A program made the position numbers and the translations under genes. 64,000 bases of DNA from contig OZ251459.1 in assembly GCA_965242525.1 (NCBI GenBank), positions 576,001 to 640,000 on the forward strand. Reading direction: 5' to 3'. The stretch's first letter is position 1, and every line of letters starts with the position of its first letter. The notes under the pieces were generated by a model that worked only from the letters and a program-made list of their open reading frames with translations, had not been told where the DNA came from and did no database searches. Origin of the DNA: an uncultured Candidatus Binatia bacterium. Its GTDB lineage: Bacteria; Desulfobacterota; Binatia; UBA9968; JAJDTQ01. This document shows, piece by piece, positions 1 through 8,821 of this stretch.

Positions 1-2004
1 CCTCCTTCCCGGGACCGCATCGATGACAGCAGTCCGCCGGCTCCTTCCGGCGGCGCCTCCCACGATTTCCACGGGGTGGCCTGGGGCGCCCGTTTGAAGA
101 TGTACGCGCTTACGCTGGGGTCGGACGACGGCCCCTACATGCCCGTGGACGTGACCGGGTTGGGGACCAACGACTACGCAGCCTGGTTCAACCGGGCGTT
201 CGACGACGAGGTAGACCTGCTGAACCTGAGCTGGGGGTTCAGCGGCCTGATCGAGCACTACGGCGAAGCCGAGTTGCGGCGGAACCACCAAGCCGTCATC
301 GAGGCGCTGGCGCAGGCCCGCAGGACCGAAAAGACCCTCGTGGTGGTGGCGGCCGGAAACTCCAACGGCCGGGAATGCGAACCCGGGACCGCGGGTTGTC
401 GGGAAGACGAATCCGGAGAGTACAGCATCCACGCCAACTCGCCCGAGTTGTTGCCCGGCCTTCCGTTGCGCATCGCCGAGTTGCGAAGCCACATGGTGGC
501 GGTGGCCGCAACCCGGCAGGACGGGGAACTCGCCTCCTTCTCCAACCCGTGCGGCATGGCGGCAAGATGGTGCATGGCCGCGCCCGGCGATAAGATCCTG
601 ACCGCCCTTTACCGGCCGCCGAGCCGGCCCGGGGCTAGCGATTCCTATCGGGATTACGGGTTGTCTTCCGGCACTTCCTTCGCAGCGCCCTACGTGACCG
701 GCGGACTCGCGGTGCTGCAGCACTACTTCCGCAACCAGATGACCCACACCCAGATACTCACCCGCCTCTATCGGACCGCTACGGTGGATCCGGACCCGGT
801 GGCCCCGGGCGAGCAATGCCCCGCCCATCTCGACGCCGACGGCGACCGTTCCCGTTGCGAGTTGTCGTCCACCCACGGGTGGGGGTTGATGAACCTCGAC
901 GCCGCCACCCGCCCGGTGGGCGGGACCAGCGTGGCCCTCGACGGATCCCTGCGCGGACGGCGCGTCGCCGCCTCGTCGAGTTTCCTGCGCGGCGGTCCGG
1001 CCCTCGGCGATTCGTTGGCTTCCGCCCTGCGGGGGCGCAGCGTGGCGCTGTTCGACGAGCTGGACGCGCCTTTCTGGGTCGGGCTGGACCGCCTCGCAGG
1101 AGGCGCCGCCGGCCCCAGCCTTCCGGCCCGGCTGTCACGGTTCCTGGCGCCCGGGGCCGAGACCCGCGGGCGGGACGGCCTGCGCGTCTCCGCGGCGCCG
1201 GGTTTCGCCGGCGGCGTGGTGGAGATCCCCTGGAGGCGGTCGCGCCTTCGCCTCGGTTTCAACCGCGCTAGCGGGGACCGGGGATGGTCCGGCGGCCACG
1301 CCGGGCTTGCCCCCCTGGCGCGCGGCGGCCTCTCGCTTACGGTGGGCGCGGGCGCGTTGGAGGCTTCCACCTTTACGGCTGCGTCCGGCTTCCACCGGAA
1401 GGGCGGGGGACGAGGGTCCGTGACCGGCGCGGTCACCGGCTGGCGGCCGCCGGACTCGCCTCTGGGGTTGCGGCTCGGCTTCCTCCGGGAGTCCGACCGT
1501 GCGCTCGGCACCACCGCAGGGGGCGCGTTCGGCAGGCTCGCGGCCGGCGTGAGCTTCGGCGGGGTGGGTCTTTCGACCTGGGTGGGATCCTGGCGTCTCT
1601 CGGCCGACGGAGAGTTGGGGAGCGTCCGTCCGGAGGCCCGGCATGGGATCGTGCGCGGGGTCTCGCGGCTGGTCACGTCGGCCTTCTCCCTGGCCGCGGA
1701 GCGTTCCTTGGGGGACGGCGACCGGCTCCGGCTGTCGGCGTCCCAACCGCTGCGCGTGGAGCGCGGCCGCGCCCGGTTGAGCATCCCCACCGGCCGCACC
1801 CCGGACGGCGCGGTGACGCGCAGCATGGTGGCTGCGCCCCTGTCGCCCTCGGGTCGGCAGGTGGACTTGGCGGGGGAGTGGAGCCGGCCCCTGGCGAGGG
1901 GCGGCGAGTTGCGCCTGGGGGCGACGCTGTCGCTGCAACCCGGCCACGAGACCGGACGACCACCCGATTTCCTCCTGCTGGCGGGCTATCGTCTGGCCTT
2001 CTGA
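1..2004 (+). CDS. S8 subtilisin-like serine protease with C-terminal beta-barrel-like domain (5' end truncated by window)
   Basis: Frame is open from base 1. Motifs: LNLSWG, VVAAGN (oxyanion Asn), FSNPCG, SGTSFAAPYVTG (catalytic Ser), HGWGLMNL. The C-terminus is amphipathic beta-strands ending YRLAF, like a BAM beta-signal. Confidence 0.85.
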   Translation, partial: PPSRDRIDDSSPPAPSGGASHDFHGVAWGARLKMYALTLGSDDGPYMPVDVTGLGTNDYAAWFNRAFDDEVDLLNLSWGFSGLIEHYGEAELRRNHQAVIEALAQARRTEKTLVVVAAGNSNGRECEPGTAGCREDESGEYSIHANSPELLPGLPLRIAELRSHMVAVAATRQDGELASFSNPCGMAARWCMAAPGDKILTALYRPPSRPGASDSYRDYGLSSGTSFAAPYVTGGLAVLQHYFRNQMTHTQILTRLYRTATVDPDPVAPGEQCPAHLDADGDRSRCELSSTHGWGLMNLDAATRPVGGTSVALDGSLRGRRVAASSSFLRGGPALGDSLASALRGRSVALFDELDAPFWVGLDRLAGGAAGPSLPARLSRFLAPGAETRGRDGLRVSAAPGFAGGVVEIPWRRSRLRLGFNRASGDRGWSGGHAGLAPLARGGLSLTVGAGALEASTFTAASGFHRKGGGRGSVTGAVTGWRPPDSPLGLRLGFLRESDRALGTTAGGAFGRLAAGVSFGGVGLSTWVGSWRLSADGELGSVRPEARHGIVRGVSRLVTSAFSLAAERSLGDGDRLRLSASQPLRVERGRARLSIPTGRTPDGAVTRSMVAAPLSPSGRQVDLAGEWSRPLARGGELRLGATLSLQPGHETGRPPDFLLLAGYRLAF

Positions 2005-2052
2005 CCGCGGCCGGGGACGCCCGCGGGTCCCTCCCGGCGGAAAGGCGGCGCG

Positions 2053-3675
2053 CTAGTCCTCTTCCACCTCGCTGGCCTTGACCCGGCGGGACTTGAGCTT
2101 CTCGCCGGTCTCGAAGTAGCGCCCCTCCACTGCGAGCTTGGCTTCTTCGTCCAGCTCGTCGTCCCACTGGCCCAGGGAGTAGCCGTACCAGGGCATCTTG
2201 GGATTCAGGGGCGGCAGCATGAACTCCTCCCACAGTTCCCGGGCGTGCTCCATGTACTCGCGCTTGGGCAGGGACACGGGCGGGAACGGCTCCTTCTGGA
2301 TGGCGTTGCACAGCATCCCCGACTCGTCCGCGGGCAGGTGGTAGGACACCACGTCCGTGCCCTGGCGCTCGTCCTTGTAGAGGAACGGCGGGGCGTGCCC
2401 CTTCTCCATGCCGCCGATGATCTGCACGTCCTTGTGCGGTTTCATGCGGTAGCACATGGCCCAGAACACCGCGGCCTCGTCCGCGGGGTCGATGTCCTCG
2501 TCCACCGCGATGACGATCTTCCCGACCCCCGGGTGGAACGACGCCGCGGCGTGGAGCGCGCGCCACACTTCCGCTTCCTTGGGGCGCTTCATCTGCACGA
2601 TCACGAGCTTGTAGGTATTGGTCAAGGGCTCGTGCATCTCCACCCGGATGACGCTGGTGATGCGGCAGTGGTCCCGCAGGTGCACCAGCATCAGCCGGTC
2701 GTACCCGATCTTGCGGATCACCGAGGACTCGCTGGGGGTGAGCTGGCTGAGCCACGAGACGTAGATGGCGTCCTTCCGGTGCGTGATGGCGGTGATGTCC
2801 ATGAACGGGTTCAACTGCCGCGGGTGCATGTAGCCGTGGGACTCCCCGAACGGTCCTTCGGGCTCCACGAACTCGGTGTTCAGGTGTCCTTCGATGACGA
2901 TCTCGGACTCCGCGGGCACCTGGATGTCCACGGTCTTGCACCGGGCCATGCGGATGGGCTCGCCCACGAAGCCGCCGGCGATGGCCATCTCGTCCACGCC
3001 GTAATCGACCTTCTGCACGGACACGTAGGAGACCACCGGCGGCGCGCCGATGACCAGCGCCGCGGGCAGCGGCTCGCCCCGTTTCTGGGCGTTCTTCCAG
3101 TGGAGGTAGATGTCCTGGCCGAGTCCGGACGGGAACACCCCGACCCGGGTGCGGGACTTGATCTGGCCGCGGTAGTTGCCGATGTTGGCGATGCCGGTCT
3201 CCGGGTCCCTGGTGATCCAGTGGGAGCAGGTGGTGTAGGGTCCGTTGTCGAAGCCGGGGGTGGAGATGGGCACCGGGAACGCGTCCAGCCCTTCCCGGTC
3301 CAGGGCGTCGCCGGTCATCACCCGTTCCTGGCATGCGGGGTCGTCCACCACCACCGGGCTGATGGGGTTGGAGAGGGCGTGCTTCCATTTCCTGTCCATC
3401 TCCTCGGCGCTGTTGCAGCCCATGCCGAGGAAGTAGATGGCCTTGCTGCCGGCCAGGGCGCCCACCACCACAGGGAAGTCGAAGCGGCGTCCGCGGGAGT
3501 CCGTGACGTTGGAGAAGTACCAGGCCTTGCGCTCCTCGTCGGGGATACCGCCGCGGTACTGCCAGCGCACCAGCGGATGCAACTCGGTGTCCTTGTTGAT
3601 GGTCTGGTTGATGCGGCGCAGATGCCCCGCCTCCTCCAGTTGCCTGAGATGCTCATGTAGGTCCGCGTAACCCAT
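2053..3675 (-). CDS. UbiD family (prFMN-dependent) decarboxylase/carboxylase
   Basis: DLHEHLRQLEEAGHL start, NIGNYR, VPAESEIVIEG, EGPFGESHGY, KIVIAVDEDIDP. ATG at 3675 follows a GGAGG-like RBS. Confidence 0.9.
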   Translation of the reverse strand: MGYADLHEHLRQLEEAGHLRRINQTINKDTELHPLVRWQYRGGIPDEERKAWYFSNVTDSRGRRFDFPVVVGALAGSKAIYFLGMGCNSAEEMDRKWKHALSNPISPVVVDDPACQERVMTGDALDREGLDAFPVPISTPGFDNGPYTTCSHWITRDPETGIANIGNYRGQIKSRTRVGVFPSGLGQDIYLHWKNAQKRGEPLPAALVIGAPPVVSYVSVQKVDYGVDEMAIAGGFVGEPIRMARCKTVDIQVPAESEIVIEGHLNTEFVEPEGPFGESHGYMHPRQLNPFMDITAITHRKDAIYVSWLSQLTPSESSVIRKIGYDRLMLVHLRDHCRITSVIRVEMHEPLTNTYKLVIVQMKRPKEAEVWRALHAAASFHPGVGKIVIAVDEDIDPADEAAVFWAMCYRMKPHKDVQIIGGMEKGHAPPFLYKDERQGTDVVSYHLPADESGMLCNAIQKEPFPPVSLPKREYMEHARELWEEFMLPPLNPKMPWYGYSLGQWDDELDEEAKLAVEGRYFETGEKLKSRRVKASEVEED

Positions 3676-3821
3676 TCCTGCCTCCCGTGAGATCCGTCCG
3701 TCCTGCGATGCCGCGGCGAGTTTGCCCCGTTCGGGGCCGTCGGAGAGAACCGGCAAGATACCCGATGGCGTCCGGCCGTGTCAAATTACCTGCCCGGAGA
3801 CCCGGGTTCGCCAGCCCGGGG

Positions 3822-5300
3822 TCAGGAAAGGCCGTTGGCCCCGGGGGGCGTCTGTCCGAGGGTGAGCGAGAACCCGGGCTTGCGGATGTGCACCTGGGTG
3901 TACTCCTTCTGCCGGGTGAGCTCGTTGATGAGCCGCACCAGCGGCCGGCTGGCGCTCAGGTACTCCCGGGGCCGGCCCGCGGCCTGCATGGTCTTGACCT
4001 CGTCCACCCCCGCATAGACCCGCAGCACCAGCTCCTCGTCCGACACCGAAGGCCCCCCGATCTTCGACCGGAGTTCGGCAAGCGACGGGTCCGGCTGCTC
4101 CCAACCGGCCCACGCCTTGGCCCTGGGACGCCCGAGGATCCTGTCCTTCACGTCGGGGTCCATGAGCTCCGTGCCCTCCCGGCCCCAGATGCCCAGGGCG
4201 TACTGGATGGACTGGTCGGCCACCTCCTTGTAGCGCTCCCCGAGGATGACGTTGAAGGCGGCCTGGGTCCCCACGAACTGGGACAGGGGCGTCACCATGA
4301 TGGGGTAGCCCCACTCGGCGCGCACCCGGGCGGCCTCCTCCAGCGCCGCGGGCAGCTTGTCTTCCATGCCCACGAGCCGGAGCTGGTGGACGAAGTTGGA
4401 GATCATGCCTCCGGGCACCTGGTGCAGGTACTGGGAGTGGTTGTACTCCACGGGCTTGCCCATGGGCAGTCCGTCCCGCTTGGCCACGAACGTGAAGTGG
4501 TCCTCGACGGGCTTCAGCGCCTCCGTGTCCACCAGCGGCGTGTGCCCCAGGGCGCGGACGTTCCGCGCCATGTTGAAGATCGAAGGCTGGGCCGAGCCGT
4601 TGGCCAGGGGCGGCACCCCGGTGTGGATGGTGGTCATGCCGAGGCGGATGGCCTCCAGGTAGTTCAGGGGCGCCAAGCCGTTGTTGCAGTGGGCGTGGAA
4701 CTCCACGGGGGTGTCGCCGATGTTGTCGAGCACCAGGGGGACCAGGGCGCGGGTGCGTTCGGGGGTGAGCAGGCCGCCCACGTCCTTGAAGCAGATGCGG
4801 TAGGGCTTGATGGCCGCGGCTTCCCGGGCCTTCCGCGCGTAGTACTCGTCGGTGTGCCGCGGGGACACCGAGTAGATCAGGTTGACCACCGTCTCCATGC
4901 CGAGCTTGCGCAGGTCCGCCACCTCCTCGCCGAACACGTCGTAGTCGTTCCAGCAGTTGGAGGTGCGCGTCAGGGTGATGCCGCTGTCCACCACCCGCCC
5001 GATGATGAACCGCAGCAGGGCCGCGGGCTTCTTCTCCAGCCCGCCCTTCAAGCCGCCGTGGAGCCGGAGCTCGGTCTTGCGCAGGCGCTTGGTCCCCTCC
5101 CGGAGCCAGTCCCACGGGTTCTCCTTGTGCTCCCGCACGTACTTCTTGAACATGTTGGTGACGAAGAACTCCATGGACTCGAAGCCCGCTTGGTCCATCT
5201 GCTCGGCGATCTCCACCATGGCCGCGGTCCTCATGTTGAGCGCCCACAGGCTCTGGTTGCCGTCGCGCAGCGTGGTGTCCACGAATCGAATCTCGCTCAT
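3822..5300 (-). CDS. Pyruvate carboxylase subunit B / oxaloacetate decarboxylase alpha-like carboxyltransferase (DRE-TIM), no biotinyl domain
   Basis: DTTLRDGNQSL, FKDVGGLLTP (carbamyl-Lys), HAHCNNG metal site, HQVPGGMISN, GYPIMVTPLSQFVGTQA. No MKM biotin motif. Confidence 0.88.
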   Translation of the reverse strand: MSEIRFVDTTLRDGNQSLWALNMRTAAMVEIAEQMDQAGFESMEFFVTNMFKKYVREHKENPWDWLREGTKRLRKTELRLHGGLKGGLEKKPAALLRFIIGRVVDSGITLTRTSNCWNDYDVFGEEVADLRKLGMETVVNLIYSVSPRHTDEYYARKAREAAAIKPYRICFKDVGGLLTPERTRALVPLVLDNIGDTPVEFHAHCNNGLAPLNYLEAIRLGMTTIHTGVPPLANGSAQPSIFNMARNVRALGHTPLVDTEALKPVEDHFTFVAKRDGLPMGKPVEYNHSQYLHQVPGGMISNFVHQLRLVGMEDKLPAALEEAARVRAEWGYPIMVTPLSQFVGTQAAFNVILGERYKEVADQSIQYALGIWGREGTELMDPDVKDRILGRPRAKAWAGWEQPDPSLAELRSKIGGPSVSDEELVLRVYAGVDEVKTMQAAGRPREYLSASRPLVRLINELTRQKEYTQVHIRKPGFSLTLGQTPPGANGLS

Positions 5301-5443
5301 GAGCGTCTCCTGAAGGTAAGAGGCCGAAGTCGAACGCTGGTTAAACGCCCATAGTGACCGGAAAGGGAAGGCGGGTCAAGGAGGGAGGCCGCTTTCCGAC
5401 GTTTCGGGCCGGGGATGGCCCCGCCCGCCCGTTCCATAGTATA

Positions 5444-5553
5444 GGAAACCCTGAACCACGCCCCCCGTTCGTCCTGAGCGTAGCGAAGCGAAGTCGAAGG
5501 ACGCGCTTTCCCGCCGGGAGATGGGGTTCGAGCCGGAATCGTTCAGGTTTCCC
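5444..5553. mobile_element. IS5-like MITE carrying a CGTCCTGAGC...GTCGAAGGAC palindrome
   Basis: Imperfect TIRs GGAAACCCTGAAC ... GTTCAGGTTTCCC around the type-B palindrome. Same layout as 24374, 31797, 47557, 53524 and 54459. Confidence 0.65.
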
Positions 5554-5599
5554 ATGGAATGCCGGGAGCGTGGACGGGACTCTTTCGAGGGAGGAACGG

Positions 5600-6910
5600 A
5601 TGGTTGCGCAGGAGGCTCATGGGGTGGAGGAGCGGATCGTCGGGCTGCTGCGGCGTCTCGGCATCGGGAAGGCCCATGTGGCGGCCTGCCTGCCCGGCGA
5701 CTGGAGCGGCCTGCTCGCCCGGCATCCGTCGATGGTGGCGTCGCTCACGCTGGTATGCCCCCACGGCATGAAGCCGGACGCGCTCCGCGCCCATGCGCCG
5801 CCGCTCCTGGTGGTGGCCGGGGACCGGGGGAACACGGTGGACGACCTGGTGCGGGGGGTCGAGGGCCTGCCCGGCGCCCGCCTGACCTTCCTCCGGGACT
5901 ACTTCAGCCCCATGTGGGCGGACGTCCTGGCGGACCGCACCGGGGAGGTCGAGTCGGCCATGACGGAGTTCCTGGCGCTTCGGGAAGCGGAGGACCCGGC
6001 CCCGCGGGTGCGGCTGCCGGAGGGGGAGGGCGAGGAAGACGGCGTCTCCTACTCCGTCAGGGGCTCGGGGCCGCCGCTCTTGCTCTTCCCGCTGGGGCTC
6101 GCCCCGTCGCAATGGCGGCCGTTGCTGCCGGCCCTTGGCCGGCGTTACTGCGCCATTACCCTGGGCGGCCCCCGGCTGGGCATGGTGGCGTTCCTGGAGA
6201 CGCGCGGACCGGGATACCTGCGCGCGGTGCGGAGCGTGGTGGACGAGGTGGGCCTCCGACCCGGCCAGGAGGTCCTGGAGGTGGGCTGTGGCGCGGGCAC
6301 CGCGGCGCGCTGGCTGGCCCGATATACGGAGAAGCGCAACCCCATCGTGGGGGCGGACGTCAACGCCTACCTGCTCCGGGAGGCGGCGAGCCTGGCCGAC
6401 GCCGAAGGGCTCGGCGGCGTCATCGAGTGGCGCAGCGGCGACGGGGAGGCGCTGCCGTTCGACGACGCCCGGTTCGACGCCGCCCTGGCCTTCACGGTCA
6501 TGGAGGAAGGGGACGCGGACCGGATGCTGGCCGAGTGCGTCCGCGTGACCCGGTCTGGCGGCAAGGTGGCGGTGATCGTGCGCGCCCTGGACATGCCCTG
6601 GTGGGTCAACCTGCCGTTGCGGCCCGAGCTCAGGCGCAAGGTCCAGACCGGGTACGGCGACGTGGTCCAAGGCGGCTGCGCCGACGCGAGCCTCTATTCG
6701 CGCATGGCCGCGGCCGGTCTCGATCCTGTGGCCATGATGCCCCAGTGGGCCACCTACGCGTCCGGGGAGCGGCTGCAACAGCAGCAGGAGCGCATGGCCG
6801 AGCGGCTGACCCCCGAGGAAGCCGGGGAGTGGCGCCGCGCCATCGCCGCGGCCGGCGGTCGGTTCTTCATATCGCAGCCGTTCCACTCGGCCGTGGGCGT
6901 GAAGCCCTGA
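5600..6910 (+). CDS. Class I SAM-dependent methyltransferase fused to an N-terminal degenerate alpha/beta-hydrolase-like region
   Basis: VLEVGCGAG, GADVN, GDGEALPFDDARFD, RVTRSGG. RBS GAGGA before ATG 5600. Confidence 0.8.
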   Translation: MVAQEAHGVEERIVGLLRRLGIGKAHVAACLPGDWSGLLARHPSMVASLTLVCPHGMKPDALRAHAPPLLVVAGDRGNTVDDLVRGVEGLPGARLTFLRDYFSPMWADVLADRTGEVESAMTEFLALREAEDPAPRVRLPEGEGEEDGVSYSVRGSGPPLLLFPLGLAPSQWRPLLPALGRRYCAITLGGPRLGMVAFLETRGPGYLRAVRSVVDEVGLRPGQEVLEVGCGAGTAARWLARYTEKRNPIVGADVNAYLLREAASLADAEGLGGVIEWRSGDGEALPFDDARFDAALAFTVMEEGDADRMLAECVRVTRSGGKVAVIVRALDMPWWVNLPLRPELRRKVQTGYGDVVQGGCADASLYSRMAAAGLDPVAMMPQWATYASGERLQQQQERMAERLTPEEAGEWRRAIAAAGGRFFISQPFHSAVGVKP

Positions 6911-6928
6911 CCCTTTGACGGATCCCCT

Positions 6929-7861
6929 ATGCGAGCTGTGAGCTCACCCGATTCGCGGAGTCCGTCGGCCCTCCCGGGGCCGGTCTTCTGCCTGGCGGCG
7001 TTCCTGGCGCGGTCCGTCCGTGGACCTGATCGAGCGCGGCTGGGGCGGGTCTTCTGCCTGGCGGCGTTCCTGGCGTTGCTGCCGTGGGACGCCGCCGCGG
7101 AAACGGGGCTTCGACTGGATGGACCGCAGGTCCAGGGCGGCCTCTTGCGCGGGCGCGTGGCGCCGGGTTCCGTGGTGGAGTTCAAGGGCGTCCCCGTGCG
7201 GGTTTCGGAAGACGGTTGGTTCCTGGTGGGTTTCGGGCGGGACGCGCCGGCCGGGGCCGTGCTCACGGTGGCGTATCCGGACGGCCGGCGCGAACGGCGC
7301 GTTCTCGCGGTGGAGCCGCGCGAGTACCGCGTCGAGCGCATCGACGGGCTGCCTCCGCGCAAGGTCACGCCGCGCAGCGAAGAAGACCTCGCGCGCATCC
7401 GCGCGGACGTCCGCTTGATCAGGAAGGCCCGCCTGACCGACGACCCCCGCACCGACTTCCTGGCCGGTTTCCTCTGGCCGGCCAGGGGGCGGATCAGCGG
7501 GGTGTACGGCTCCCAACGCATACTCAACGGCGAGCCCCGCCGCCCGCACTACGGCATCGACATCGCTGCGCCTACCGGCGCCGGGGTGGTGGCGCCGGCC
7601 CCGGGCGTGGTCACCCTCGTGCACCCGGACATGTTCTTCTCCGGCGGCACCCTGGTCGTCGATCACGGGCACGGGCTCTCGTCGGCGTTCCTGCACCTGT
7701 CGCGCATCCTGGTGGAGGAGGGCCAGCGGGTGGAGCAGGGGCAGCCCATCGCGGAGGTGGGCGCCACCGGCCGCGCCACCGGCCCGCATCTCGACTGGCG
7801 CATCAACCTCTTCGGCCGCCGCCTGGACCCGGGCCTGCTGGTGGGACCGATGCCGAAATAG
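6929..7861 (+). CDS. M23 family metallopeptidase
   Basis: HYGIDIAA, LVVDHGHGLSSAFLHL, GATGRATGPHLDW. Signal-peptide-like N-terminus; exact start uncertain. Confidence 0.9.
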   Translation: MRAVSSPDSRSPSALPGPVFCLAAFLARSVRGPDRARLGRVFCLAAFLALLPWDAAAETGLRLDGPQVQGGLLRGRVAPGSVVEFKGVPVRVSEDGWFLVGFGRDAPAGAVLTVAYPDGRRERRVLAVEPREYRVERIDGLPPRKVTPRSEEDLARIRADVRLIRKARLTDDPRTDFLAGFLWPARGRISGVYGSQRILNGEPRRPHYGIDIAAPTGAGVVAPAPGVVTLVHPDMFFSGGTLVVDHGHGLSSAFLHLSRILVEEGQRVEQGQPIAEVGATGRATGPHLDWRINLFGRRLDPGLLVGPMPK

Positions 7862-7889
7862 GCTCCTTGGAATAGCGGGTTCGAGTCAG

Positions 7890-8285
7890 GTGGCATTAAC
7901 CAGCCAAGTCATCCAACGCATTGCCGGCGCAGGAGGACGCTTACGGGTCAGGAGCGCCCTGAATCCCGGCCTGTGGCTCTGTGCGATCATATCGGCGCCT
8001 TGCTTGGCGTTAGCCGTGTACGCCGCTGGCGAGGCGCCTGCATGGTTGCTGGTCTTGTTGGCCGTGATTGCGACGGCGCCGATTGCGGTGACCGTGTCAG
8101 GGCTCGTATACTTTGGGCTGACAGACCCGGACAAGCTCCAGTCCGAGGAATATCAAATCAAGGCGCGTGTGCTGGAGTACATCGAGGAAAAGGGAGGCGT
8201 GTCGGAAGAGGAGCGGCGTGTGATCGAGGCGATCTCGAACCCGCAGGAGGGGCAACTGTCCAACCGGATCGAGGAGGACCAATGA
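7890..8285 (+). CDS. Hypothetical two-TM membrane protein
   Basis: Two hydrophobic segments followed by DPDKLQSEEYQI. ATGA overlap with the next gene. Confidence 0.65.
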   Translation: MALTSQVIQRIAGAGGRLRVRSALNPGLWLCAIISAPCLALAVYAAGEAPAWLLVLLAVIATAPIAVTVSGLVYFGLTDPDKLQSEEYQIKARVLEYIEEKGGVSEEERRVIEAISNPQEGQLSNRIEEDQ

Positions 8286-8596
8286 CGAGGCATGCATACC
8301 TGTTCATCTACGACGACGACGCTGGCGCCCGCGAAGAAATCCGGGGCTACATCGACAAACTGCCGGAGATCCTCAACTGGCGCTGCGATATGCCACACGC
8401 CTTCTACCTCGTATCGGAGTGCAGCGCCAAGGAGATCGCCGAGAAGATCCGGTCCTTTACCGGGGACGAGGGGCGTTTCCTGATCTCCGAGGTAACCGGG
8501 AACAAACAAGGTTGGTTGCCAAAGCGTACATGGCGGCTCCTCAACGAAAAACCACTGCCGGAACAAGAAAAATCAGCGAATAGAGCAACCGGTTGA
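8282..8596 (+). CDS. Small ferredoxin-fold protein, Cas2/VapD-like (inferred)
   Basis: 104 aa: AYLFIYDDD...FYLVS...FLISEV...QGWLPKRTWRLL. RBS GAGGAGG and ATGA coupling. Confidence 0.6.
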   Translation: MTRHAYLFIYDDDAGAREEIRGYIDKLPEILNWRCDMPHAFYLVSECSAKEIAEKIRSFTGDEGRFLISEVTGNKQGWLPKRTWRLLNEKPLPEQEKSANRATG

Positions 8597-8703
8597 GTAG
8601 CCGGTTCGGGTCAACGACGACGTGGGCGGTCCGCGGGCTTGAAGACCGTCGTCGTTGCGGGTAGGAAGGGCGGCAGGCGTCCCGGACGAGCTTTCGAAGC
8701 GCG

Positions 8704-8800
8704 TCCTTCGACTCCGCTTCGCTACGCTCAGGACGAACGGGGGTGCTTGCGCTACGTTCGGGACGAACGGAGAGGCTACGCTTCGTTCGGGACGAACGGG
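8704..8800 (-). repeat. Tandem type-B palindromic repeat units (reverse orientation)
   Basis: TCCTTCGACTCCGCTTCGCTACGCTCAGGACGAACGG followed by two partial GGGACGAACGG units. Confidence 0.8.
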
Positions 8801-8821
8801 GATAATCGTTCGGAGTTTTCC

